Origin: an uncultured delta proteobacterium
Lineage (GTDB): Bacteria > Desulfobacterota > Binatia > UBA9968
Assembly (NCBI GenBank): GCA_963771465.1
Contig: CAVYTU010000017.1
Location: forward strand, 1,024,001 to 1,088,000
DNA: 64,000 nucleotides
Direction: 5' to 3'
The stretch's first letter is position 1. Every line of letters begins with the position of its first letter. The position numbers were made by a program, and so were the translations under genes. Shown here one piece after another: positions 19,161 through 27,571 of this stretch. The notes below the pieces were generated by a model. That model ran no database searches. It worked only from the letters and a program-made list of their open reading frames with translations, and had not been told where the DNA came from.

Positions 19161-19871
19161 CTAAATCCCTTCCCCCGAACCTCGCTGACGATAGATCGGC
19201 GTGCTGTTCCATTCGAGCGCTTCTTGGATCTTGCGCGGCAGGGGAGGCTTGCGCGCGGTCATGAACTGAATGAACTCGTCTCTCGATGCCATCGTCATGC
19301 GCGGATTTTTCTGTTTCTCGTCGCCCAAGGTCGATACCGCTTCGCGATAATCATGGCCGGGATAAACCCGAATCTCATTCGACAGACCGTCAAGCCGTCG
19401 CAAACTATTCCACTGACTTTCAGCGCTGCCACCGGGTAGATCAGTACGGCCGCAGCCGCCGATCAGCAAAGTATCGCCAGTGAAGATGCGATCGTCGAAC
19501 AGGAGGCACATGGCGTCCTGGGTGTGTCCCGGTGTGTAGAAAACTTTGAGCGCGCATTGGCCGAACTTGATTTCGTCACCGTCGTCGACCTTGACGTCGA
19601 CGTAGGGCGCGTCGGTGGCTCGGTGCATAACGACTTGGACACCGTAGCGTTCGCGCATCAGCTTGCAGGCCGAGTTGTGATCGGCGTGGGTGTGGGTGTC
19701 GATGGCGTAGAGCAGTTTCGATTTGAAGAATTCGGCGAGGCCAACGTAATCGGCGGCTTTGTCGAGCTCCGGATCGATGACCACGGAAACTTTGTCCGTG
19801 GCGCAGCCAAGAACATAGGAAAGGCAGCCGCTTGAGCGGATTTGTTCGAAGAAAAATTCGCCGCCGCTCAT
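19161..19871 (-). CDS. MBL-fold protein, persulfide dioxygenase (ETHE1/Blh-like)
   Basis: DTHTHADH, TPGHT, FTGDTLLIGGCGRTD, YPGHDY, E...NPR. Confidence 0.88.
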   Translation of the reverse strand: MSGGEFFFEQIRSSGCLSYVLGCATDKVSVVIDPELDKAADYVGLAEFFKSKLLYAIDTHTHADHNSACKLMRERYGVQVVMHRATDAPYVDVKVDDGDEIKFGQCALKVFYTPGHTQDAMCLLFDDRIFTGDTLLIGGCGRTDLPGGSAESQWNSLRRLDGLSNEIRVYPGHDYREAVSTLGDEKQKNPRMTMASRDEFIQFMTARKPPLPRKIQEALEWNSTPIYRQRGSGEGI

Positions 19872-19877
19872 TTCTTC

Positions 19878-20441
19878 CTATCGCGCCGGCACGGCAATGA
19901 TCGTGCCTTTTTCCAGGTTGTAGCGGCTGCGGTCGATTTTGTCCAAATCGTAACTCAAAAAACGGAAAACCACGCCGGGCCCCTCGGCCGCGTGGGTAGA
20001 ATGAATATCGCCGGTGACGTAGGGAACGACGACGCCGGCGCTTAGCCGGTCGAGCCGGTCTTTTTCCAGTGTGCATTTACCCGGCTGCGAGCCGTCGTCG
20101 GTGCGTTTGTATTTGGTGATATCGGTGACGCCGCTAAAGGCGCCGTAAACGACCCAGCAGGGACCGTGATCGTGAGGCGTGTTGCCGTGGCCTTGCTTGT
20201 GCACATGGCCCATTTGAATAAAGCCGTGATCGGGATCGCGATATAGCTCGCGGGACGGTTTGCCGTCACGGATGATCTCCGCCATCCACGGGTCATCGGC
20301 TTTCGTCGCAGCAAACAGTTTCTCCATCAGCGCTTGGACTCGAAATGGCAACTGCGGATCTTTGCCGTCACCCCAACCCGCGCGAACTTCGGCGATATAG
20401 CGATCGAAACTATTTTCCGCTTGGCGTTCTTGTACGGCCAT
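19878..20441 (-). CDS. Cupin-fold protein, cysteine/thiol dioxygenase-like
   Basis: PHDHG..W.VYG and GDIH motifs; GGAGG RBS before ATG 20441. Confidence 0.65.
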   Translation of the reverse strand: MAVQERQAENSFDRYIAEVRAGWGDGKDPQLPFRVQALMEKLFAATKADDPWMAEIIRDGKPSRELYRDPDHGFIQMGHVHKQGHGNTPHDHGPCWVVYGAFSGVTDITKYKRTDDGSQPGKCTLEKDRLDRLSAGVVVPYVTGDIHSTHAAEGPGVVFRFLSYDLDKIDRSRYNLEKGTIIAVPAR

Positions 20442-20584
20442 TGGCAATCCTCCCTTAGTTGGTCATTGAATAGCATGTTCGCCGTCGGCTCGTCCAGCAT
20501 GCATGAATGAATCGCGGTGTCGATTGACAGTGGCTCCGCGGCTCTGTTACCACAGGGAAAAGTTTTTGAAAAAGCGAGACAACC

Positions 20585-21063
20585 ATGGCATTCGAAGCGC
20601 AGGAACTCCGCCGCGTCATGGGCCACTTCGCCACCGGCGTCACCGTGATTACGACCACGGATAAGGAAGGATTACCGCAAGGTTTGACGGCCAACGCTTT
20701 CATGTCGCTATCCCTCGACCCGCCTCGGGTGATTATCAGCGTCGACAAAAAAGCGACCTGTTATTCCTGCTTCGACCGGACAGCGGATTTACGGTCAATT
20801 TCTTAAGTGAAGATCAGGAAGATATTTCACGCCGGTTCGCGACCAAAGGCGCCGACAAATTCGCCGATCTGAAGTGGCGGGCCGGCAGCAACGGCGCCGC
20901 GCTCATCGACGGCGCGTTGGGATCAGTCGAATGTAAGATCACCCAGTGCCACGACGGCGGCGATCACACCATCGTGGTCGGCGAGATTCTTAATGTCGCG
21001 GCAAACGGCGAGCGGCCGCTGCTATTCTTCAAAGGCAAATATCTGAGGCTGCCGCTGTCGTAA
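20585..21063 (+). CDS. Flavin reductase family protein (frameshift near 20775)
   Basis: LRRVMGHFATGVTVITT, TANAFMSLSLDPP; GGDHTIVVGE and PLLFFKG in the downstream frame. Confidence 0.9.
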
Positions 21064-21071
21064 GAAAAATG

Positions 21072-21101
21072 CTAGGGGCGAGCGGCCGATCGCCCCTCTA
21101 G
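21072..21101. repeat. GTAG-class REP-like palindrome between convergent genes
   Basis: ctaggggcga-gcggccga-tcgcccctctag. Confidence 0.6.
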
Positions 21102-21118
21102 CAAATTTGCCGCAGCGA

Positions 21119-22099
21119 TTACGCTCCCAACGCTAACGCGTTGATACAGGGTAGGCCGCTGACGAGGGTTTTAGTATTCCCGGAACAATCCACCTGCACC
21201 ACTTCACCGTCGGCGGTTGCCACCAATATTCCGTTGCCGTCCGCCGCGGCGCAGGTTTCCATCACGCCGCCGCTCATTTTTTCAGTTAAGAGTTCCCAGT
21301 TGGCGCCGTCTTGAGATTTAAAGATCGCGCTGTTGGCGCGGCCGGCGCGCGTCCAGGTGCGTGGCCGGTCTTGGGTGATGCCGAGGTAGATATTGCCGTT
21401 GTCGTCCTCGGCGAGGGTGTTACCGTAGGTCCGATTACCCGTGGTCGGCGTGACCTTTTCCCAGTGGCTGCCGCGATCGGTGCTGCGCGAGACGCCTTCG
21501 CCGCAAGCGGCGACAACCAGTCCGGCGCGTTGCTTCGCCGGCAGTACTTGATGGATGTCGGCGTCGGTCAGGCCGTCGTTGCACTTGGTCCAGTTCTGGC
21601 CGTCGTCATCGCTGACCAAAATGCCACCGACTTCGATGCCGGCATAAAGCCGGCCCGCTGATTTGTTTTCCTGCGCCAGCACGCGCGTGCGCGGCGCGAG
21701 ATCGGGATTGGGCGGGAAGGTTCCGCCGAACGCGCCTTGGCGCACGCCTTTGATTTCTTGCCAACCCTTGCCATCGGTATTGACGTACAGCGCCGCCGGA
21801 CGAGTGCCGACCAGAATCTTCCCCGACTGCGCCAACAGCGCTGACATTTCCAAGCACGGCACGTTCGGGTCGGCGCGAGTCCAGTCTCTGCCGCCGTCGT
21901 TGCTGACGAACATGCCGGAGTGCTCCGTGCCGGCGTAAACTCGCCTCGGATTATCGGGGTCGACCTGAAGGCAGCTCATCTGCCAGAAAGTCAGAGCGCG
22001 GTCGGCCTGCACCCAGTCCTCGCCGCGCCGTTCGAAGCGATACCAACCTGAATGTGTGGCGAGATGCAGGACATTTTTTTCATTGCCATTGGCTGACAT
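21119..22099 (-). CDS. BNR/Asp-box beta-propeller protein (YCF48/VPS10-like)
   Basis: Repeated SxDGGxxW boxes (SNDGGRDW, SDDDGQNW, STDRGSHW, SQDGANW). Confidence 0.8.
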   Translation of the reverse strand: MSANGNEKNVLHLATHSGWYRFERRGEDWVQADRALTFWQMSCLQVDPDNPRRVYAGTEHSGMFVSNDGGRDWTRADPNVPCLEMSALLAQSGKILVGTRPAALYVNTDGKGWQEIKGVRQGAFGGTFPPNPDLAPRTRVLAQENKSAGRLYAGIEVGGILVSDDDGQNWTKCNDGLTDADIHQVLPAKQRAGLVVAACGEGVSRSTDRGSHWEKVTPTTGNRTYGNTLAEDDNGNIYLGITQDRPRTWTRAGRANSAIFKSQDGANWELLTEKMSGGVMETCAAADGNGILVATADGEVVQVDCSGNTKTLVSGLPCINALALGA

Positions 22100-22186
22100 C
22101 GGAAACCTCCAGGAATTAAAGTGGCGATCGACTCGACCTGACGCGAAGCATACGTTGGGCGCGAATCATCCGTCAAGCCAAATGGC

Positions 22187-23008
22187 TCACACGCTGATCC
22201 ACAAGTCTTCGAACTGCTTGATCGACCCCGGTGCGAAGCCGGCGTAGTGGTTGTTGAAGAACGCATAGGTCTTGACGCCTTTGTCGGTGATTGTTTTGAG
22301 TTCGTTTACCCATACCGACATCTCCGGCGTCTTGTCTTCGATCAACGTGTCCCAGCGTTTGGTCTTGGCTTCGATGTCTTGGCGGTCGCCGATGAAGCGC
22401 GCGTAAACGAAATCGCTGGTTACGAGATCGAGCGCCTTGGCCAGAGTGTCAATGGGCGGCATCCACGCATGGGCGACCAGTGCGAAGCAAACCGAATGGT
22501 CACGCAAGAGTTCAAGAAAATCCCAACTGATCCAGTGCTTGTTGCGTATCTCCAAGGCGAATTTGAATTCCTTGGGCAGCGTTTTGAGGAACGGCTTGAG
22601 CAAGCGCACAAACGGCTCGCGGGATGGAAACGCATTGCGATTGAAATACGGGAACTGAAGCAGCAACGGACCGAGGCGATCGCCGAGGAGAGAAATATTA
22701 TTCAAGAACGTCGTCATTTCAAGCTGGCAATCCTTAAGCACTTTCTCATGAGTGATGGCGCCGGGAATCTTCGCTGTGAAAATGAAACCCGGCGGGGTTT
22801 TTTCGCGCCAGCTCGACACCACCTGAGGCGACGGAATGCTGTAATACGTCGAGTCGATTTCGACCGCAGCTAACTTGCGAGAGTAGGCTTCGATGAATTG
22901 GCCCGGTTTCAAATTCGGCGGATAGAAAGAGCCGAGCCAGTCGCTGCTCGACCAACTCGAAGTGCCGACCAATAGATTTGCGGGAAATGGCATAGGCTTT
23001 TTCACCAT
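22187..23008 (-). CDS. DUF72 (UPF0759/YecE) family protein
   Basis: GTSSWS..W.G.FYP, VEIDSTYY..P, LGPLLLQFP, ALEIR, FFNNHY. Confidence 0.9.
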   Translation of the reverse strand: MVKKPMPFPANLLVGTSSWSSSDWLGSFYPPNLKPGQFIEAYSRKLAAVEIDSTYYSIPSPQVVSSWREKTPPGFIFTAKIPGAITHEKVLKDCQLEMTTFLNNISLLGDRLGPLLLQFPYFNRNAFPSREPFVRLLKPFLKTLPKEFKFALEIRNKHWISWDFLELLRDHSVCFALVAHAWMPPIDTLAKALDLVTSDFVYARFIGDRQDIEAKTKRWDTLIEDKTPEMSVWVNELKTITDKGVKTYAFFNNHYAGFAPGSIKQFEDLWISV

Positions 23009-23038
23009 ATCCGCCGGTGGCGGTCAAACGAACTTGCC

Positions 23039-23067
23039 TTGACATTGCGCCGTCTTGCGTCTACCTT
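23039..23067 (+). promoter_or_regulatory. Sigma70-type promoter for the merR-mutS-amiC-glnD-xerD run
   Basis: TTGACA-17 nt-TACCTT. Confidence 0.6.
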
Positions 23068-23104
23068 TTGGAAACACGGTTGTTTTCATTTAAATCGATG
23101 TTTC

Positions 23105-23587
23105 ATGGATACTTACGACAGTAAGACCGCGAGTCGCATTGTCGGCGTGAGCTTGCGCCAGTTGCAATACTGGGATGAGCGGGATTTCATTCGGCCGTCG
23201 GTGAAATCGGCCGAGGGACGCGGCACCAAGCGGCTCTACTCGTTTCATGATCTCGTTTGCCTCAAGGTGGTCAAAGACTTGGCGCGCCATGGCTTCACGC
23301 TGCAAAAAATTCGCCGCTGCTTGAAACCTCTTAAAGACACGACGTCGCACACCGAGCGTCCGGCGCAGTCGCTCAAATACTTGACCGACGGTGAGGAGCT
23401 TTTCGTACTCACCAGCGACCGGCAAAAAATTCTCGACGCCATCGAACGACAATTCGTCGTCTCGCTCGGCATCGGCAATCTCATTCGTGAACTGGACGGC
23501 CAGGTGAAGCGGATCGCCCTCGACTTGGCGCGCAAGCACGGCCGCGGTTTGCGTAAGCTCGACGACAAACGGAGCGGCTCGGCCTGA
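23105..23587 (+). CDS. MerR-family HTH transcriptional regulator
   Basis: GVSLRQLQYWD....I.PS....G.G..RLYSF.DL..LKVVK.L...G..LQKIR. Confidence 0.88.
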   Translation: MDTYDSKTASRIVGVSLRQLQYWDERDFIRPSVKSAEGRGTKRLYSFHDLVCLKVVKDLARHGFTLQKIRRCLKPLKDTTSHTERPAQSLKYLTDGEELFVLTSDRQKILDAIERQFVVSLGIGNLIRELDGQVKRIALDLARKHGRGLRKLDDKRSGSA

Positions 23588-23604
23588 GACAAGTTTGAAG
23601 TAAG

Positions 23605-26187
23605 ATGGAAGCGACCAAAGTCACGCCCATGATGCAGCAGTATCTGCAAATCAAGGAGCGCTACCAGGACGCCATCCTGTTTTTTCGCCTCGGCGATTTT
23701 TACGAAATGTTTTTCGAAGACGCTCATACGGCGTCGAAGATTCTCGACATCGCGCTCACCTCGCGCAACAAAAGCGACGACGGCTCGGTGCCGCTCTGCG
23801 GCGTGCCGTACCACTCGGTGGAACCGTATATTCAAAAGCTATTGAACGCCGGCCATAAAGTCGCCGTGTGCGAGCAGGTCGAAGACCCGGCGCTGGCCAA
23901 GGGCGTGGTCAAACGCGAAGTGGTGCGCGTGATCACGCCGGGCACGGTGACTGCGGTCGATGCGCTCGACGCGCGTGGCAATAATTTTCTCGCCGCGGTT
24001 TTCAAGGGAAGCGCAGGGTTCGGTCTGGCGCTGACCGATATCACCACCGGAGAGTTTCGTTGTACCGAGATCGGCGAGGAGGCGGCGTTGCTCGACGAGC
24101 TGGGCCGGATTCGTCCGAGCGAAATCCTGCTGGCAAGCCGTGACGCTCGGCTCGGCGAGCGGCTCTACAAGGAATATCCATCGATCCATTTCACTCGACT
24201 GGCCGATGAGCAGTTCGGCGATTCGGCTGGAAGTCGGGTGGCGCCCGAGTTTGCCGATCGGCTGATCGGTTACGCCGACGGCATTGGCGCCGCCTCGGCG
24301 ATCCTCGCTTATCTGCAAGCCAACGCCGGCGAATCGCTCAAGCTGCTGCGCGATCTCGAACTCTACGCGGTGGCCAATTATTTAGTTCTGGATGACGCGA
24401 CGCGGGCAAATCTAGAGTTGGTCGCCAACTATCAGGGAGACCGAACGGGTTCGCTTCTGGCGATTCTCGATCGCACGATTACGGCCGTCGGCGCGCGCCG
24501 GCTGCGCCGCTGGCTGCTTTATCCATTGCTTGATGAACGCGCAATCCGCGAACGCTTAGACGGCGTCGGCGAGTTGGCGCAAAGCTTTTCGCTGCGCCAA
24601 GAGTTGCGCCTCGGTCTGGAAAAAATTCAAGATTTGGAGCGGCTCGCCGGCCGGGCCATGGCGGGGAGCGCGTCGCCAAAGGATTTGGTGGCGATCAAGG
24701 AAACCGTTGGCAGCGTCGGCGTGCTCCGAGACGCGCTCAAGAGTGTCGACGCGCCGATACTCACTGGCGCCCGCACCGGCTTGGCCGATCTGCCCGACGT
24801 GGTGAGGTTGATCGCGCGCGCCATGGTCGACGATCCACCGTTCGCGCTTAAAGACGGCGGCTTCATACGCGCCGGATTCGATGCCGAGCTCGACGAGATT
24901 CGCGCGATGAAGTCTCACGCCAAAGATTGGATCGCCCAATTCGAAGCCGGCGAACGGCGGCGCACCGGCATTCATTCGCTCAAAGTGCGCTACAACCGGG
25001 TGTTTGGCTATTACATCGAAGTGACGCAGTCCAATCTTAAATCGGTGCCCGCCGATTACATGCGTAAACAGACCTTGGCCAATGGCGAGCGCTACATCAC
25101 GCCGGAGCTGAAAGAATATGAAGCCAAGGTGCTCAACGCCGAAAGCCTGATCGAAAAATTAGAAGCCGCCTTGCTCACGCGAGTGCGCGAAGAAGTTGCG
25201 GCGTACTATCCGGCTTTGAAAAAAATGGCCGATGCGCTGGCGCTCCTCGATGTCTTGGCGGCATTGGCGGAGGTTGGCGAAGCCTATCGGTTTATTCGGC
25301 CTGAGATCGACAGCAGCGTCGCCTTGTCGATTCGCGAAGGGCGCCATCCGGTGGTCGAAAATACCGTCGGCCGGGGCGCATTCGTCGCCAACGACTGCCG
25401 CATTGAGCCGAGCGAGCAGCAGATCATTTTGCTCACCGGCCCCAACATGGCCGGCAAGTCGACCTATATGCGCCAGGTGGCGCTAATCGTGATTCTCGCC
25501 CAAATGGGCAGCTTCGTGCCGGCGGCCGAAGCACATATCGGCATCGTCGAGCGCATATTCACGCGCATCGGCGCGGCCGATTCGTTGGCGCGCGGCGAGT
25601 CGACGTTCATGGTCGAAATGAAAGAGACCGCCAATATTTTGCACCATGCGACGGCGCGCAGTTTGATTCTGCTCGACGAGGTGGGTCGGGGCACGAGCAC
25701 CTTTGACGGCATCTCGATCGCCTGGGCGGTGGCCGAGGCGTTGCACGATAGTGCGAGCCGGCCGCGCACATTGTTTGCGACCCATTATCATGAACTGACG
25801 GAATTGGCCGAGAGCAAAGAGCGCATCAAAAATTTCAATTTCGCGGTTAAGGAATGGCGCGGCGAGATCATTTTCCTGCGTAATTTGATCGACGGCGCGG
25901 CGAGCCATAGTTACGGTATTCATGTCGCGCGTTTAGCTGGCATGCCTGCCGGAGTGATCGAACGGGCCAAAGAAATATTAGCGCAGCTGGAAGGCAGCCA
26001 AGGGAGCCGCGCCGGACATTTCAATGGGCGCAGTCAAAATGCCGTCGAAGCGCCGCTGCAGATGGGCTTGTTCACCAGCGCCGATAATCGCTACCGCGAT
26101 CGACTGGCGGCCCTCGATGTCGCACGGATGACGCCCATCGAAGCGCTGAACCGGCTGCACGAGCTCTCCGAAGAGGCCAAGAAGTGA
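23605..26187 (+). CDS. mutS: DNA mismatch repair protein MutS
   Basis: TPMMQQY, FRLGDFYEMF, TGPNMAGKST, DEVGRGTST, FATHYHEL, SYGIHVARLAG. Confidence 0.98.
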   Translation: MEATKVTPMMQQYLQIKERYQDAILFFRLGDFYEMFFEDAHTASKILDIALTSRNKSDDGSVPLCGVPYHSVEPYIQKLLNAGHKVAVCEQVEDPALAKGVVKREVVRVITPGTVTAVDALDARGNNFLAAVFKGSAGFGLALTDITTGEFRCTEIGEEAALLDELGRIRPSEILLASRDARLGERLYKEYPSIHFTRLADEQFGDSAGSRVAPEFADRLIGYADGIGAASAILAYLQANAGESLKLLRDLELYAVANYLVLDDATRANLELVANYQGDRTGSLLAILDRTITAVGARRLRRWLLYPLLDERAIRERLDGVGELAQSFSLRQELRLGLEKIQDLERLAGRAMAGSASPKDLVAIKETVGSVGVLRDALKSVDAPILTGARTGLADLPDVVRLIARAMVDDPPFALKDGGFIRAGFDAELDEIRAMKSHAKDWIAQFEAGERRRTGIHSLKVRYNRVFGYYIEVTQSNLKSVPADYMRKQTLANGERYITPELKEYEAKVLNAESLIEKLEAALLTRVREEVAAYYPALKKMADALALLDVLAALAEVGEAYRFIRPEIDSSVALSIREGRHPVVENTVGRGAFVANDCRIEPSEQQIILLTGPNMAGKSTYMRQVALIVILAQMGSFVPAAEAHIGIVERIFTRIGAADSLARGESTFMVEMKETANILHHATARSLILLDEVGRGTSTFDGISIAWAVAEALHDSASRPRTLFATHYHELTELAESKERIKNFNFAVKEWRGEIIFLRNLIDGAASHSYGIHVARLAGMPAGVIERAKEILAQLEGSQGSRAGHFNGRSQNAVEAPLQMGLFTSADNRYRDRLAALDVARMTPIEALNRLHELSEEAKK

Positions 26188-26209
26188 CTTGCTTATTGCG
26201 AGGTGAAGG

Positions 26210-27562
26210 ATGAAAGGACGCTTGCAACCCTGGTACATTCTCGTCGGTTTACTCTGTGTGGGATATACGCTCACGTTGCCAAACGATGAAGTCGCATTGG
26301 CGCAGAGTCAAAAGGGCGATGCAATCAAAGAACCCCCGGTGGATACAACGCCAACGCTTAAACCTCTCGACAAAGAGGCAGCGCTTGGCAGCGGCGATAA
26401 CGAACAGAAGGGCACGGCGGCGGATGATAAAACACGGGTGACCGGGCTCCGTTTCTTATCGTCGCCGGCGTATACCCGGATCATGTTGGATCTGTCCCGG
26501 GAAACCCCATATGAAGTGCGTCAGCTGAAAGAAGATACGGCAAAGGGTACGCCGGCGCGGATTTATATCGATATCAGCGGCGCGCGCTTGGCGCTTGCGT
26601 CTAAAGAACCGGTGGTGGTCGAGGACGGCCTGTTGAAGCAGATTCGCATCGGTCAATACAGCGCCGATACCGTGCGGGTGGTTCTAGATATGCACAGTCT
26701 CAGAGCGCACAACGCTTTTATCTTTTCAGATCCCTATCGGTTGGTGCTCGACGTGCAGGGGCAAAAGGCGCTTGAAAGTAGGTCGGCAAAGGAGACGCCG
26801 GCGAGAAGGGCGCCCGCGGGACGCAAGCCAGAGGTCAAGGAAAAAGTCTCGGGACAGGGCGCGGCGCTCAACGGCGGCATTCGCAAGATCGTCTTGGATC
26901 CCGGTCATGGCGGCAAAGATCCCGGCGCCATCGGCGTCGGCGGGCGAGCCGAAAAAGATGTCGTGCTCAGCATCGCAAAACGACTCGCCGTCAAATTGAA
27001 AAATGAGATGGGTATTCAGGTGGTTTTGACGCGCAAGGATGATCGCTATGTACCGTTGGAAAATCGTACGGCCATCGCCAACGCCGAAGACGCCGATCTT
27101 TTCATCTCTCTGCACATGAACGCCAGCGTCAACAGCGAAGCCAAAGGCATCGAGACTTATTATCTCGATAACACCACGGACGAGGCCGCGTTGCGCCTGG
27201 CCGCCCGGGAGAACGGCACGTCGCGTAAAGACGTCTCCGATCTGCAATTTATCTTGAGCGATATGACCCAGAATATAAAACTCGAAGATTCGATCGCGTT
27301 GGCGCATCGCTTGCACAACTCAGCGGTCGGCGGCATGGGCAAAGCGATCAGCGAGGTCAAAGATTTGGGCGTCAAGAAGGCGCTGTTCTACGTGCTCGTC
27401 GGCGCGCGTATGCCCAGCGTATTAGTCGAAATGTTTTTTATTACCAACCCCATTGAAGGGCGATCCATGGGCCAAGAAAGCACCCAAGATGCGATGGTCG
27501 AGGCGCTTATGCAGGGCATTCAAAAATACACCCAATCCAGCGTCATGGCGCGAACTCTTTGA
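26210..27562 (+). CDS. amiC: N-acetylmuramoyl-L-alanine amidase with AMIN domains
   Basis: VLDPGHGGKDPGA, EK, FISLH.NA, MPSVLVE; AMIN motifs RVVLD and PYRLVLD. Confidence 0.88.
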   Translation: MKGRLQPWYILVGLLCVGYTLTLPNDEVALAQSQKGDAIKEPPVDTTPTLKPLDKEAALGSGDNEQKGTAADDKTRVTGLRFLSSPAYTRIMLDLSRETPYEVRQLKEDTAKGTPARIYIDISGARLALASKEPVVVEDGLLKQIRIGQYSADTVRVVLDMHSLRAHNAFIFSDPYRLVLDVQGQKALESRSAKETPARRAPAGRKPEVKEKVSGQGAALNGGIRKIVLDPGHGGKDPGAIGVGGRAEKDVVLSIAKRLAVKLKNEMGIQVVLTRKDDRYVPLENRTAIANAEDADLFISLHMNASVNSEAKGIETYYLDNTTDEAALRLAARENGTSRKDVSDLQFILSDMTQNIKLEDSIALAHRLHNSAVGGMGKAISEVKDLGVKKALFYVLVGARMPSVLVEMFFITNPIEGRSMGQESTQDAMVEALMQGIQKYTQSSVMARTL

Positions 27563-27571
27563 GATCATCCC

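Noticed and set aside
18977-19264. 95-aa ORF as a transposase remnant
   Set aside because: It is a translation of the MITE and its hexamer repeats, with no DDE or HTH motifs.
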